DNA of 64,000 bases from the human T2T-CHM13v2.0 reference genome, Homo sapiens (GCF_009914755.1 NC_060931.1), one strand, 5' to 3'; counted from the first letter of the stretch, positions 43,621-56,901 are shown. Numbers and translations: made by a program. Notes: a model not told the origin generated them from the letters alone.

Positions 43621-45359
43621 TATTTTTAATTTTTAAAGGAACCTCTATACTGTTTTTTATAATGGCTGTACTAATTTACATACCTACCAACGGTGTACAA
43701 GGGGCCACTCTACATCCTCTCCAACACTTGTTACCTTTCATCTTTTTCGATAATGATTATTCTAACAGGTGTGAGGTGACATATCCTTGTGGTTTTAATT
43801 TGCATTGCCCTGATGATTCATATGTTGAGCATTTTTTCATATCCCTGTTGCCTTCTCTTGAGAAATATCTATTCAGGTCTTTTGCCCACTTAATTGGGTT
43901 GTTTTCTTGCCATTGAGTTGACTTTTTATATATTTTGGATATTAATCCTTATCAGCTATGTGGTTTGCAAAAATGTTCTTCCATTCTGTAGGTTGCTTCT
44001 TCACTCTGTTGATTGTTTCCTTTGCTGTGTGATGCTTTTTAATTTAATGTAATTTAATCTCACTTGTCTATTTTTCCATAAGAAGAGTTGCCAGTGCTGT
44101 TTACCCTGGCTGCTACATACCCTGATCCCTGAAGACCGTTTCTTGAACCATTCTGCTCTAAAGTAATCCTCCTTCCATGATCTTTACCAAGTGCTTTGTA
44201 TTATTAATACATCACTATACTGATTTCCTTTATAGAACATACACAATGAAAAATTATCTTGCTTTGTTTATTTACTCACTGTCTCAGCCCTATTAAGATG
44301 GAAAATGCCTGGCATGTCTTAATGCTTTATTCCTAGTCCCTAGCACGATATTACTTTAATGAATAAGTAAGGTTTGAAGCCACTCTGAGTAGATGTGAAT
44401 ATTTGAATTAGCTTAGGAGAAATATATTCTCGATTTCCTTAAATTACAACTGAAATGACTTTTGTGATATGTATAGCTGATGCCCTTACTATAAGGTATC
44501 AGGATATACTGGAAAAACTTGCAGGATTTTTTATTTTTCCATTGTGTTTTTCTTTCTAGGAGGCAGAAAAACCTTCTGAATTTTTACCATGATGACATTA
44601 AAGCCAGAGATGTTAAGTGTCATTGTAGTTAGCTCTGTGGCCAGAACCTGAGCTGGCAACTCCTGATATGAGTGCTTCACTATGAAAGACAGACTAGATA
44701 TGGCAAGTAACTGCACATTCCTTCTCAGTGTGTTTCCCAGTCTTCTCTTTCAAATTAACACTCAATGGGCATCCTGATACACAACTAAACATACATATTC
44801 ATGGTCAAATCCAGGCTAATAGAGGATATCTATTCACTCATTTCCTCCTTTGACACCTGTAGAATGTTATCTGAATAAAATGATTTTGCAAAGGGATGGG
44901 ATAGAATTTAGAAAGCATCGCATTACTTCAGAGAGTGACTTTTCTTTAATGGGTCTTAGTTGTTAAGAACAGATGCCTAAATAAGGTGATGCCTAAAGTG
45001 ATGCCTGGGGCTAGTCAACTGAATTTAATGTTCACTAAGGATTAACTGCTCACAAAAACTGTATTTGTGAAAAATTGACCTTGTCTATCCAAATTGGCTA
45101 CTTCTAATAACTAGCTTTTATAGTCTACTTGTTTTCTTTTTTACATAAACAACTACAAAATGTATTAGTCTATTTTGGAGAAACTCTTAAAATAGAATGA
45201 AATTGAAAATTGCTAAAGTGTTATAGTTATTTTCAGTTAGATATTTCTATGAATTATTTTATACACTCATGGTTTAAAATCCAATTTTCATAATATAGTT
45301 GCCAGCATCTGTGAATTATTACAATTTGAAAAGATTTGGAATGCCATAACTTTTTAAAA

Positions 45360-46490
45360 ATGTTCTGCTCTGATCTTTATTTCCTTTCTTCTAACTCTGG
45401 GCTTAGTTTGTCCTTGTTTTCTTTTTTTTTATTATTATTATACTTTAAGTTCTGAGATACATGTGCAGAATGTGCAGGTTTGTTACATAGTTATACACGT
45501 GACATGGTGGTTTGCTGCACCCATCAACCCGTCATCTACATTAGGTATTTCTCCTAATGCTCTCTCTACCCTAGCCCCCCACCCACCGACAGACCCTGGT
45601 GTGTGATGTTCCCTTCCCTGTGTCCATGTGTTCTCGTGGTTCAACTCCCACTTATGAGAACATGCGGTGTTTGGTTCCTGTGTTAGTTTGCTGAGAATGA
45701 TGGTTTCCAACTTTATCCATGTCCCTGCAAAGGACATGAACTCATCCTTTTTTATGGCTGCATAGTATTCCACAGTGTATATGTGCCACATTTCTTTATC
45801 CAGTTTGTCACTGGTGGGCATTTGGGGTGGTTCCAAGCCTTTGCTATTGTGAACAGTACTGCAATAAACATACTTGTGCATGCGTCTTTATAGTAGAATG
45901 ATTTATAATCCTGTGGGTATATACCCAGTAATGGGATTGCTTTTCTAATGTCTTGAGGTATGACATTTAGGTTATTTTGGATCTTTGTCCTTTTTTAATG
46001 TATATTACTATAAACTTCCCTCATAAAACTGGTTTGCCGCACCCCGTAAGGTTTGGTATGGTGTTTCCATTTTTGTCTCAAGACATTTTAAATTTGCCTT
46101 TTAACTTATTCATTGATCCATTGGTAGTTAAGCATGTTAATTTTCATATATTATTGAATTTTCTGAAATTTCTTATTGATTTCTAATTTCATACCATAGG
46201 TCAGAAAAGATATTTGATATGATTTCAATCTTCTTAAAGTTAAGTCTTGTTTTGTGGCTTAATAATGACCTATCCTGGAGAATGTTCTGTGTGTGCTTGA
46301 GAAGAATATATTCTGCTGTTGGAAGAAATGTTCTGTATATACCTATGTCCATTTGGTCTAAAGTGTAGTTTAAGTTCAATATTTCCATATCGATTGGATG
46401 ATCTGTCCATTGTTGAAAGTGGGATATTGAAGTCTCCTACTGTTATTGTATTGCTCCAACTTCTGATCCTTAAAATTTGCTTCATATAGA
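45360..46490 (-). mobile_element. Older L1M ORF2 endonuclease-region remnant (host of the L1PA)
   Basis: ORF 46270-46497 contains the L1 EN motif TITVGDFNIPLSTMDRSS. Confidence 0.8.
45422..45940 (-). mobile_element. 5'-truncated L1PA 3' end nested in an older L1M
   Basis: ttattatactttaagttctgagatacatgtgcagaatgtgcaggtttgttac...atacccagtaatgggattgc. Confidence 0.92.
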
Positions 46491-46630
46491 ATACCATAAA
46501 AAGTTCTGAGATATTGATTACTTATTTTATGAATGTGTGAGGCAACTAGGAAGGCTTTACTGCGTTATCTAACACTCATGGACAACCTGTAGGTTTTTTT
46601 AACTACAGAGAAAACGTAATAGAAAAGATG

Positions 46631-46938
<308 letters not shown>

Positions 46939-48039
46939 ATTAACTTGTCTCATGCCACACAGCTAATAAATGGCAGTGCTTAATTCATCCCCAAGGCTGT
47001 TTACCACCAAAGACTATATGACCCCTCAATGCAGCCTCCACTTAAGTAATGCAGTTAAGAACTGCCAACACTAGGTGCCATGATAGGGTATTGACTCTCA
47101 AAGATATTTGACCATGACCCAGTTATATTTTGTGTCACATATACATACATTCCTACATCCACGATAGAAACAAAAGTCTCACCAACAGTTCTTGTATTGA
47201 CTGTGAGACAATAAAAGATGACTCTGACATTTTCTAATTTTTAATGCTAGTTGTAACTCACTAAATTGCTATAATGACCCACTGGTATTATACCTGTATT
47301 TGAAAGCCGTGTTCTAAATGTCCTTTTTAGACATCTTGCAGTCTGCCCTCAATTACAAAAAGTGCATTTGTTGAATGTTACTGACAGTCACATGGATCAA
47401 TTACTACAAGTCATCTTAATAATGTATTCCAAAAATGGTTTTGTTTTCTCACCTCTAGTCCTTGAGTACACTAATGGGATCTTTATCTTCAGAAAAGCTG
47501 CTAATATAAAACACAATGCCTTATCACTAACAAATCAAATTAGATATAATCTAAGCAGGTGTATGTGAGCAGGAAAAAAACCACATTAGAGCCACCTGAA
47601 TCTAGATATGATCTATGATTTTGACAGCATTCAGTTTTGTTCTCAAGATCAGTGACATAATCTTTACTACATATTGTTATTTTTAAGGTATGTGCAGTTT
47701 TGTAACAGCAATACAATGCAGGTATGTACACTTCATTGTAAATAACCATTCTGGCGAAAAAAAGGCTTTCAATGACTTTGGACAAGTAAATGATTCTTGG
47801 TACAAAATCATACTTCTTTGGTATTTATGAAAAAAAAGGAAGGTGTTTTAACTCTGAGCACCCAATTCCTGGTGCTCCATTTAAGTATTTAAGATGTTTC
47901 TAATTAGGGTTGAGTCTTGTTGTGAACAGCTAGTGAAATACTAACATGGGAGGGCAAGTTTTATGAGCATTGATAAATTGAACACAAATTATCTGTTACA
48001 GAGACTACAAAGAGCTATAGATAAAAAGTACAGCAAAAT

Positions 48040-48927
48040 GATTTCATGAAATCAATATTTTATTCAGTGTCAAAGCATCTTAACTGAATTGTGTAAGTAA
48101 TTTTGTCTGTAATTTTAGAAGTAACATTTGTAGAAAATATCAATATTATCAGTTGTGCTACTAGAAATATTGAAGGAGTTAATTCTGAATTTATTCATTT
48201 ATGCAGTTATCTATATCCACTTAGGTACAAAACTTTTGTAAGAAAGATAACACTTTTATTGCATTATAATTTCATATTTTACAGGAGTCATAATGCAAAC
48301 TTATAAGCATAAATATATACATGATGCTACCAAATGGCAATGTAACCACTAAGAGATTTAAAACATAAAACTAGAATTTAACAAGCAAAATACTTAATAT
48401 GGCTTTTAATGGAAAATAACTGTTTAGAAATGATTTGTTATTGCCCCATTCTAGTCATTCCCCATCAAGTGAACATAAAATTATGATCTCCATTTAAAAT
48501 GGTACAAGTTATCTAAGCCAACTTTGTACTTTTTTGCTACTTTTTTGTAGCATGTATGCAGTATGATTTCTGGACTTCCTTAAATATACATACATATATA
48601 CATATATACAGATATACAGTACACAGTTCTGTTTTAATACCCCTGAACATCTTGATTAAAACTATTACAATTTTTCTATTATAAAACTACTTGAAAAGTT
48701 GGCATAACTTCCTGGTATTGAAGTTCAATCCTACAGAATTAAAAAAAAAAGCAACAAAATGTTGGTTATAAATACATTCTTTACAAAAAAAAATTGAATA
48801 GTGGTCCCGCACTCATAATTTATATTACAGTGAAAACATTTTATCAATTTAAAGGTATTTGTATCTTGTTGTCCTTGGTTTCTGTGTGAAATAGAGGAAG
48901 TTAATAATGAGAATATTGTAGGCAGGC
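48040..48927 (-). other. CTTNBP2: CTTNBP2 3'UTR (~0.9 kb)
   Basis: AU-rich, interspersed-repeat-free segment between the TAG and poly(A) signal. End approximate. Confidence 0.8.
48059..48064 (-). terminator. CTTNBP2: CTTNBP2 polyadenylation signal (AATAAA on -)
   Basis: TTTATT on +, ~870 nt downstream of the stop, with T-rich downstream sequence on -. Confidence 0.75.
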
Positions 48928-49173
48928 CTATTTGTTAGGTTTTTCTAGGTGTTCATTTTTGTGTAAGTTCCAATTCACTTCTTTTGAGTTGTTGTTGATT
49001 TCTATTTGCCTTGTATTACTGCTGCTGCTGCTTCTTTTGGTGTTCTGGGAACACTGGGTGACTTTACTTCTAGGAACAGGAAGAAAAGATTTAACTCTTG
49101 AAACACCCAACTCAGTCTTTGATTTACTGTTGCTGCATTCAGTAGTTTGATGGCTGCTGAGAGGACTGACCTC
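48928..49173 (-). CDS. CTTNBP2: CTTNBP2 last exon (23) CDS: EVSPLSSHQ...NEHLEKPNK*
   Basis: Acceptor tttcttgtctcttacag| in phase 0. 81 codons plus TAG, matching the cortactin-binding protein 2 C-terminus as I recall it. Confidence 0.95.
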   Translation of the reverse strand, partial: EVSPLSSHQTTECSNSKSKTELGVSRVKSFLPVPRSKVTQCSQNTKRSSSSSNTRQIEINNNSKEVNWNLHKNEHLEKPNK

Positions 49174-50289
49174 CTGTAAGAGACAAGAAACCACACAAGT
49201 TTATCACAAACTTCTCCTGTTATGAGCCCTACCCCTGCCTCCTCTTTGAGCAAATGTACAGGAGTTTCTCTCTAAAACTATAGGTTCTCGTGAAAAATCA
49301 AAAGAAAATGGAGAGGAGAAGCTGAGTAATTAATTTCCTATAGACTTACTGCATGATTTTCATTAATCCATCTGCTGTTACAAAATTCCTAAATACAGGA
49401 GTCAGTGAATCAAGTGCTAAGGCGTCGATCTCCTTACCAACAGAAACTTCACAAAATTACAGGCATGAGGAAATCACCAAATTGGAGTAGTCCCATTTGT
49501 AGGTAGCTCTACAAACTATGTCACCTTGGGTAAATCACCTAACTTTTCTGCTTTCTACTTTCAAGTCTTAAAAGTGAACTATTACTCAATAATCAAATAA
49601 TCTGGGGGCATATAGGAGAAAACATAAGAGAAACATTCCTTCCCTAGCAGAACCTACATTCATCTATGGTTAGGCCACTCAAGATCTTCCATACTTGGAA
49701 GCTGCATGTTCTCATTTCTCTAATGTTTCAGAAATCCTGTGATTACCTGGTCAATGTCTCTCATTTTGCCCATGAAGAATCTGAGAGCTGGATAGGTAAG
49801 ATGATTTGCCCACAGTGAACGGAGTGGTGAAGCTGGGACAAGACCTCAGGTCTCCCAACTTTCACTCAAGGTATTTTCCCTATATTGCATTAAATTCTGC
49901 AAACTAACAAACATGACATGACTCCTACTAAGTGACCTACTCTGAATGCCTCTGAAGGAGTTGACCTTGATAACTTCTCCTCTTCAAAAGTAATAATGCA
50001 CCCAACAGCAATATAACCATTACAAGAATTTAAAACAAAACTAAAATTTAACAGGAAAAATCTGGCTTCATCTGGCAGTTGCGGCAGTTGCATTCTCCTG
50101 GGTATCGTCTTATATGACATTGGAATCACCTGGGGGAGCTTTAATAGTCATTGGCTGGGCCCTATTACCAGAGATTCATATTTAATAGTTCTGGGGTGTG
50201 GCATGGACATACGATTTTAAAAAATCTTGCGGCCAAAGAACGCCTAGCTTAACTCCTCACTATCCTTTTTCTCCATTGAGCAATTAAAT

Positions 50290-50608
50290 CAAGGGTCCCC
50301 AAGCCACAGGCTGTGGACCAGTCCATGGCCTATTAATAACTGGGCAGCACAGCAGGACGTGAGCGGGGGCGAGCCAGTATTACCACCTGAGCTCCGCCTC
50401 CTGTCAGATCAGCAGCATTAGATTCTCATAGTAGTACAAACCCTCTTGTGAATTGTGCAAGTGAGGGGTCTAGGTTGCCCAGTCCTTGCGAGAATCTAAT
50501 GCCTAAAGATCTGAGATGGAACAGTTTCATCCGGAAACTACCCAGGTCCGTGGAAAAATTGTCTTCCACGAAACCAGTCTCCAGTGCCAAAATGGCTGGG
50601 GACTGCTG
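50290..50608 (+). mobile_element. MER1B-like hAT-Charlie MITE
   Basis: caagggtccccaa ... ggctggggactgctg TIRs; internal ctcctgtcagatcagcagcattagattctcata. Confidence 0.88.
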
Positions 50609-52766
50609 TCCTAAATGGTAGCATTTTTCTTAGCCCTCTATAAGTCACACATTGATAATCTTTCCCTTCAGAGTATTTCAAGCTCTAAGTATTTCCCAAA
50701 GTTCTTTCTTTAGCCCTCATTTATCTCCTGCATTTCCACCCCACTAATTCACCTATATGTCTAGCCACACTTCAAATTCTTTCTAAAACTGTATTTATTG
50801 CATTTCTTCAATACTAATTTCTAAAGCCTTTCCGCTTGGCTCATTACTGGCTAATGCTGCTCTCCCAGTGAATTTAGCAGGAAATCCTCAGTTATCTTTA
50901 GCAGCTGCCTTTCTCTCTCTCCTCACCAACCTAATCCAATGTTACCCACAAAATGGGCAGAGAATTATGGCTGTGTTTGTGTGAATAGGAAGGTAAAGGA
51001 TAAGTCCTCACTAACTGGCATGTCACTAAAGTTCTTTTAAAGTTTGGCTCCAATCCCCTTTAAATCCTATTTTTCCTTTACTTCCCTGTTAAAGTCCTAA
51101 TTCTTTAAAGCCCAACACAACATGTTCATTAAACTACCCCTAAATCACCAAAGTGAAATCTCTTGGGGTCAGATTTTCAGACTCAGCTAATCTTAAGTGG
51201 AACAGCAATGTAACTCTAATATATACTTGGCTAGTGGTTTGGGAAAATATAAAAACACTGAAACAACAAATATGTAATGGAGAATAAAGAGGGGACAAAT
51301 CTGGGGTCCAGGCCACCTGCATTTACAGGGAAAGGAAAGAGAAGTCTAGACTGCAAGAAGCTAGCTTAGAAAGGCAAGAGCTTCCTGATAAAACAAAAAA
51401 CAGATGGGCTCGGTTTTAACTACGTCCGAGGAAGCCTGGAAAAAGGCTGAGCTACATCTGGTGAGGGAACACATCCTAGTCCATCCTCGTCACCTCCATG
51501 TGTACTTGATGGTATGTTAAGGGCGAATCTGCTTAGTATGTTCTGCTTTTGTTTTGTAAAGATGCTTATGCTGTCAAGTTACCAGAAAGAAAATGAGAAG
51601 TTACATTGCTTGTCATGAGTTGGATGGTGATAGTCACAACTGTAAAAACAGTGCAGGTACCAGGATCCAATCTCATTTTTCCTAACAAGAAATTACTGTT
51701 AAGTCCGCAAAATGGGACTTGGTCATGGGCCTACTAAGGCCAATTAGAACTTGTAATTTGGTTTAAAACACCAGCAAATGCAACACATACGTAGTATTCA
51801 GAAAACATGAAATATGGCATTATAATAAGGATAACAGTTAGTTGCTATACAGAATCTGGTGGTGAGGGGAGTTGTTTAATTTTGCCATTATTGTCAAATC
51901 TACAGAGTTAATTAATGCCATGGCCCAGAGGAAGGAAAGGAGACATACACTGTTCTAGTCTGTTTCTGTACCTGCAACATGATGGTGAGGGGAGTGTACC
52001 TTCATGGTCTGAGGCAGGAAATATCCACATGAAATAAAGTACTGAGAAGTACCCAGAACAACTAAAAACATGTAGTTTGGTCAGTCCCTGGAAGTGTGAG
52101 GCTAGAATGGAAGGAGTTAGGATGAGAACATGGAGAATCACTTGGGCTTAGCGTGAGCCACAGCAATTCAAGGCCAGGAGTGCAAGAATAGAGCAGGTGA
52201 CCGATGCACAGCATCCTGCCTGAAAAGTGCTCCTGACACCCTGGAAGTCAAGCCTAGGGGGCAGCGGAGTTTAGGAGCAGGAGAGTTACAGGTGTTTAAT
52301 GCTTCCTGGGCTAAAACCCCCGAATTATCTGTATTAAATGTATAACGTTTACTATCCATATTGCTGTGCATGTTAAACTCAAAAACTAATTTGTGTAGAA
52401 AGGCACTGACCTAAAGTAAGTTTTATTTAGCCTTAAAGAATTGGTAAATCAGAGCAATTCATTCAATACACAGCATCTACTAGAAGCTAAGAAGATATTG
52501 TAATTCCTCTAGATGGGAAAGTTAGGGGCAGGAGGAAAAGAACAACATGTAGGGAAGGTGGCATTGGGGGTGAGTCTTTAAAGAGGCACAGGACTGTGAC
52601 GAGAGAAGGTTCTATGGGGAGGAGTACAGAGGGAAGTAGTAAATTACATGTAAAAAAGGAACATGTGAAAAGCTACATGAAGGCATCTCAATCCCTCTAA
52701 AGATATATTTGGAAAGAAAGAAATGGGTGGAAAATGAAGATGACAGATCAGGGCTATGTTTTAGAA

Positions 52767-52930
52767 CAGTGGGTCTCAACCCTGGATGCATGTAAGAATC
52801 ACCAGGGACCTTTAAAAAACCCATTGTCCAGGCTTCCCCTCAGACTAGAGTCCAGGCCCTGAAGTTAAAAAAAAAAAAAAAAAAAAAAAAAGAAGCCTCA
52901 AGTGGATTTCATCATGCAACCAAAGATGTG
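52767..52930. mobile_element. MER5A-like hAT MITE with an expanded A25 run (52867-52891)
   Basis: cagtgggtctcaaccctgg...agaatcacc text. Confidence 0.7.
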
Positions 52931-53155
52931 AACTTGTCCTTTCAGAGGATTAGTTTGGATTTACATAAAAGGAAAACATTTATTAACATTTGTTCTTCCT
53001 GTTGATTTAAATATGTATATTTGTTTTTAATTCAGAAGGCCTGCTAAATGCCACTTGATTAGTAAACCCAATTACTCTCCCTTACTGTTAGAGCAGTGAG
53101 GAGTTATATTGTTGCAAATAATAAAGATAACTTACTCATTTTTGTTTTCCAACAG

Positions 53156-53369
53156 ATAATGATGGTTGCAGGGCCCCTCTTCAATGGAGGCATTGCCAGC
53201 CTTCTGGCCATGAAGGAGAAAGTGATTTCAACTAACCCAGGAAACTCTTACCTCTAAATGGAGATACTTCCTGATAACAGAAGAAACTGGGCATCTAACC
53301 CAGAAATACCAGCTGAGTAGGAGAAGAGAAAAGGCATCAGCCAGTCAAGGTTTCAGAAGGCTGCCAACA
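53156..53369 (+). other. Candidate + strand exon (possible distal CFTR alternative exon), antisense to CTTNBP2 last intron
   Basis: Acceptor tttttgttttccaacag|, donor ACA|GTAAGT and a phase-0 frame of 33 codons to TAA at 53255-53257. Confidence 0.5.
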
Positions 53370-53379
53370 GTAAGTACCA

Positions 53380-53398
53380 CTTTGCCCTCTGCTGGCAC
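53380..53398 (-). promoter_or_regulatory. CTCF motif, CFTR +48.9 kb TAD boundary
   Basis: Reverse complement GTGCCAGCAGAGGGCAAAG is a perfect CCASYAGRKGGC core. It lies 48.9 kb after the CFTR stop, the established 3' boundary position. Confidence 0.9.
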
Positions 53399-54848
53399 TT
53401 TCTGAGAAAAACATCATCTAGCTCTTGGGGAAGAGTCCCTCCAAATAAGTGTCTTCAGTGGGCAAAGGGAGAGAAGACTAGGAGGCAGCGGTCCTAATTC
53501 CCACATCAAATTGCACATTTAAACAATAACATAGTTTTTTTTTCTTTGTATAAGAGCCCAGATAGTATAAAAGGACTCGCTTTAAAAAATATCTTAAACA
53601 AAGCTGCCCAGAACTTTGACTTTCAGTACTACTTTTTTTTTGTGGACAGTACCTTATTGTAGCAACTCAATATGGTCATGTGACAGAGAAATAGGGGTAT
53701 GACAATGTTTGTTTCTTTATTAGACATTTAAGCAGCAGCCATTCTCTATTTTTACACAAGAAAGTGATTTGGGCTTATGGGGAAGGTGGTTCACTGTTCC
53801 TCTTGCTAAGATCCTCCTGGCCCCTTCCACTGACGATGTTCCACAAGGAATCCTAAATTCTTGGGTCCTAGAGACTGGTGTCCAGTCAAGCACAGCTCAG
53901 AGCAAGCCAATAAATACAGGGGGAGTGAGTTGAGGCTTTAAAGATAGCAAAGGGATGGGCCCTAGACTGTTTTCCAACCAGAAGGCTCAGTGCTGACTCC
54001 AGGTCACCTTCTTAGGTCATCCTCCAAATTTTGCTGGGCTTCTAAATTGTTCCCAGTTGAACAAAAAAAGGCAGACATTATGATAGAGTGAGCTTGAAAG
54101 CCATGCTTTTCTTCACAGGACATCATGTTAAATATTTTGTATTAGAGCCCCCAGCCGTGTAAATTCCCACTCCCATACCTGCTCTCCCAATGCATGCAGC
54201 TCACATAGTTCCACATGTAATAGCCAGGATCAAAACCTAATGAAGCAGTGAGGGAGCGGGGCTGTGGGGCCCAGTGCCGCTAGGTGATCAGATAAAGCTT
54301 AATAACTTAATAGTCTCACCATGCTTACTTTATAATCCTGCTCTCTGCGCCCCACCTTCCCACCCACACACAGGTCTTTGTAAGCCACCTTGGGAGTAGA
54401 TGAGAACGGCAATCAATCAACATGGTTTGGTGAACAAACCATATATTACAAAGTGCTTCTGTGAAGTCTGCATCCTCACAACTAATGAGTGAGACATTTC
54501 TCATTGTTTCTGCTCACCCAGGAATACCATGCTGTGCCAGCTCTTGCCATTTATTAACCAACTGATAATGGTGCAGTGCTGTAGTCATGGAAGCTATTTC
54601 AAAAGGTTAAGGAAGTCTACTGGAATCCTGGTTCTTCTAGTTGCCATTCAGACTTATTTTTAAAGTCTCATTGAAATGTAATGCATGTTATGGAAAGTCA
54701 GGATGAAATAAAATTGAGATTTTTTTTTTTTGCAATGTATAAGACCTTTATGTTATCACTCAGTGCTTTGTTTTGTTATAATTAACTCTAATTTTCTAAA
54801 ATGCAGGAAACCTTAGGAACAACCAAGATGACAGTTTTGTTACCTTAG

Positions 54849-55115
54849 TACCCCCGCATCCACAATTTTGTTTTCTGTGATCTGGAAATACACAATTCAT
54901 AAATTTGCAGGCCATTCTAAGTAGCATGATGAAATCTTGCACCATCCTACTCTGTTCTGCCCTGGATGTGAATCAACTTATTCATTCTGTCTACATTACC
55001 CACACACTGACCACTTAGTAGCCCTCTAGGTTATCGGATTGAAGGAATATAGTGTATATAAACTTTGGTACTATCTTAGATTTCAGGCATCACCTGAGGA
55101 TAAGGCAGAACTACA
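54849..55115. mobile_element. Tigger4a/MER46A-like MITE
   Basis: agtacccccgcatccac...ggtactatc...tttcaggcatc...ggataagg text. Confidence 0.65.
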
Positions 55116-55415
55116 ATATTTCTAGTTTTGTCATATAAAATGAAAAAAAAAAAAACATGGAGATCTCAACAGACACCCAAAATTTTGGAATCAAATTGAA
55201 GGGAAAAAAGTAATGCTTTCCTATGTCATTTTTTTCCAAAATATTCTATAAGCACTCTTTCTAAAACCTAATGAACACTTTTACCTTTATCCTATTTCTC
55301 AGTTCTTAGCTTTGGTTTAAAAAAATAACTCTGTGATTCACACTGAAAGATGATTTGTGAAGTCAATTCCACAGCAATCATCCTTTGTTCACTTTGGGGA
55401 GAAAGGGACACTTAC

Positions 55416-55517
55416 CTTTTGTGACACTGGCATTCTCAGATTATTAATAGTTGCTGAAAGTACAGGGTTGTTTCCAGAACTATCAAACATCCTTAAATCA
55501 TCCCTGGAATCAGCAAT
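55416..55517 (-). CDS. CTTNBP2: CTTNBP2 exon 22, 102 nt: [34 protein letters not shown]
   Basis: ttttctag| acceptor and |gtaagt donor; phase 0-0, open frame. Confidence 0.94.
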
Positions 55518-56312
55518 CTAGAAAATACAGAATTTGCCCGGTCATGTCTCCACAGTCACACTGTGCATACTCAAGGCACAGCTAAATGGTGGAGAAATCA
55601 CAGCAGAAGTGTTACTCTTATCCTCTTCCCTGCCCCTCAAGTCCTGAACTGTTCACATGAAAGAAAGACTTCAAGTCTTAATGTAAAACTGACAGCAAAT
55701 GCATGAGAAACATCCTCTAAGGAAAAAGAATCCACTTAAAACGTCAAAAGAAGACCAGAAGAACTCTCTAGGGAAAAAAAAGGCACTTTGCAAGTAAAGA
55801 AAGGATATAAAATTTGCAAGATTTTAATCATTACCTTACTTTTCCAGTGGATATATACTTTGTTTCCAACAAAGTTAAATAAGAGTGAATTCTACTTTGT
55901 CGTAGATATTATGACGATTCAAATAATACAGTTGAGTGTCTCAGGGGAAGCTGAACGTTACAGCCACTCATAAGGCATCTATCAAGGCAGCTCGGTGAAA
56001 CCTGCTGCAGATACTAGAGTGCCAAAACAGGTTGAACTTGATGCTGTCCATGTTTTCTGTGAGATTTCAGGTCACTGTTTTCCATATTTGGTCTCAAATT
56101 TCACAGCTTAGAGATTATGATGATATGCATTATACAAGCTAATTCTTTTTCTCATTTGCAAAGAAAGTTGTTGCTTGGTCTATAACATAAGTCTGCTGTG
56201 ATGCTTGTTATAATTTTCTTACTGATAGATGACTGATATGCCAAAGTTAGGAATGTGGAAAGGAAAAATATCTGAGGAAACTCAAATTTAGGCTTATATA
56301 AAAAGCTGCCCA

Positions 56313-56613
56313 GGCTGGGTACAGTGGCTCACGCTTGTAATCCCAGCATTTTGGGAGGCTGAGGCGGGCAGGTCACCTGAGGTCAGGAGTTCAAGACCAG
56401 CCTGACCAACATGGCGAAACCCTGTCTCTACTAAAAAGTCCAAAAATTAGCCAGGCGTTGTGGGGGACACACCTGTAATCCCAGCTACTTGGGAGGCTGA
56501 GGCAGGGAGAACTGCTTGAACCCGGGAGGCGGAGCTTGCAGTGAGCCAAGATCCCGCCACTGCACTCCAGTCTGGGCGACAAGAGCGAAACTCCATCTCC
56601 AAAAATAAAAAAG
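56313..56613 (+). mobile_element. AluSp/Sq-like
   Basis: Full Alu with perfect TSD aaaagctgccca. Confidence 0.94.
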
Positions 56614-56901
56614 AAAAGCTGCCCAAATGAATTGATGTGACTTGTACTAATGCAATTAACATACAATTTTAACTTCAGGTCTTGGAGGAGTTTGGAAAAG
56701 CAGGCTTCACAAAGTAGAGCTCCTTTATTGTATAAATGATATTTAGGAAGAAACGGCCTTTCTAAGCAAGGTGAGGGATGGTTTGATTTGGATCATTAAC
56801 CATACTATCAATAAGGAATTTCTTTTAGGGAATTGTGGTCCCCCAAAAGTCTCCCAGCTGTTGAGTAGAGCCATTCAATGCCCCCCATTTGTACTGCTCA
56901 C

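Noticed and set aside
45483-45881. 132-aa ORF (and 31817-32065)
   Set aside because: L1 ORF2-end/3'UTR remnants of truncated L1PA copies.
48932-49150. Hydrophobic signal-peptide-like + strand ORF (LLLLLLL)
   Set aside because: Antisense shadow of the CTTNBP2 poly-Ser (AGC)n codons, with a non-ATG start.
54383-54396. Weak CTCF-like GCCACCTTGGGA
   Set aside because: Several mismatches at key core positions compared with the two strong motifs.
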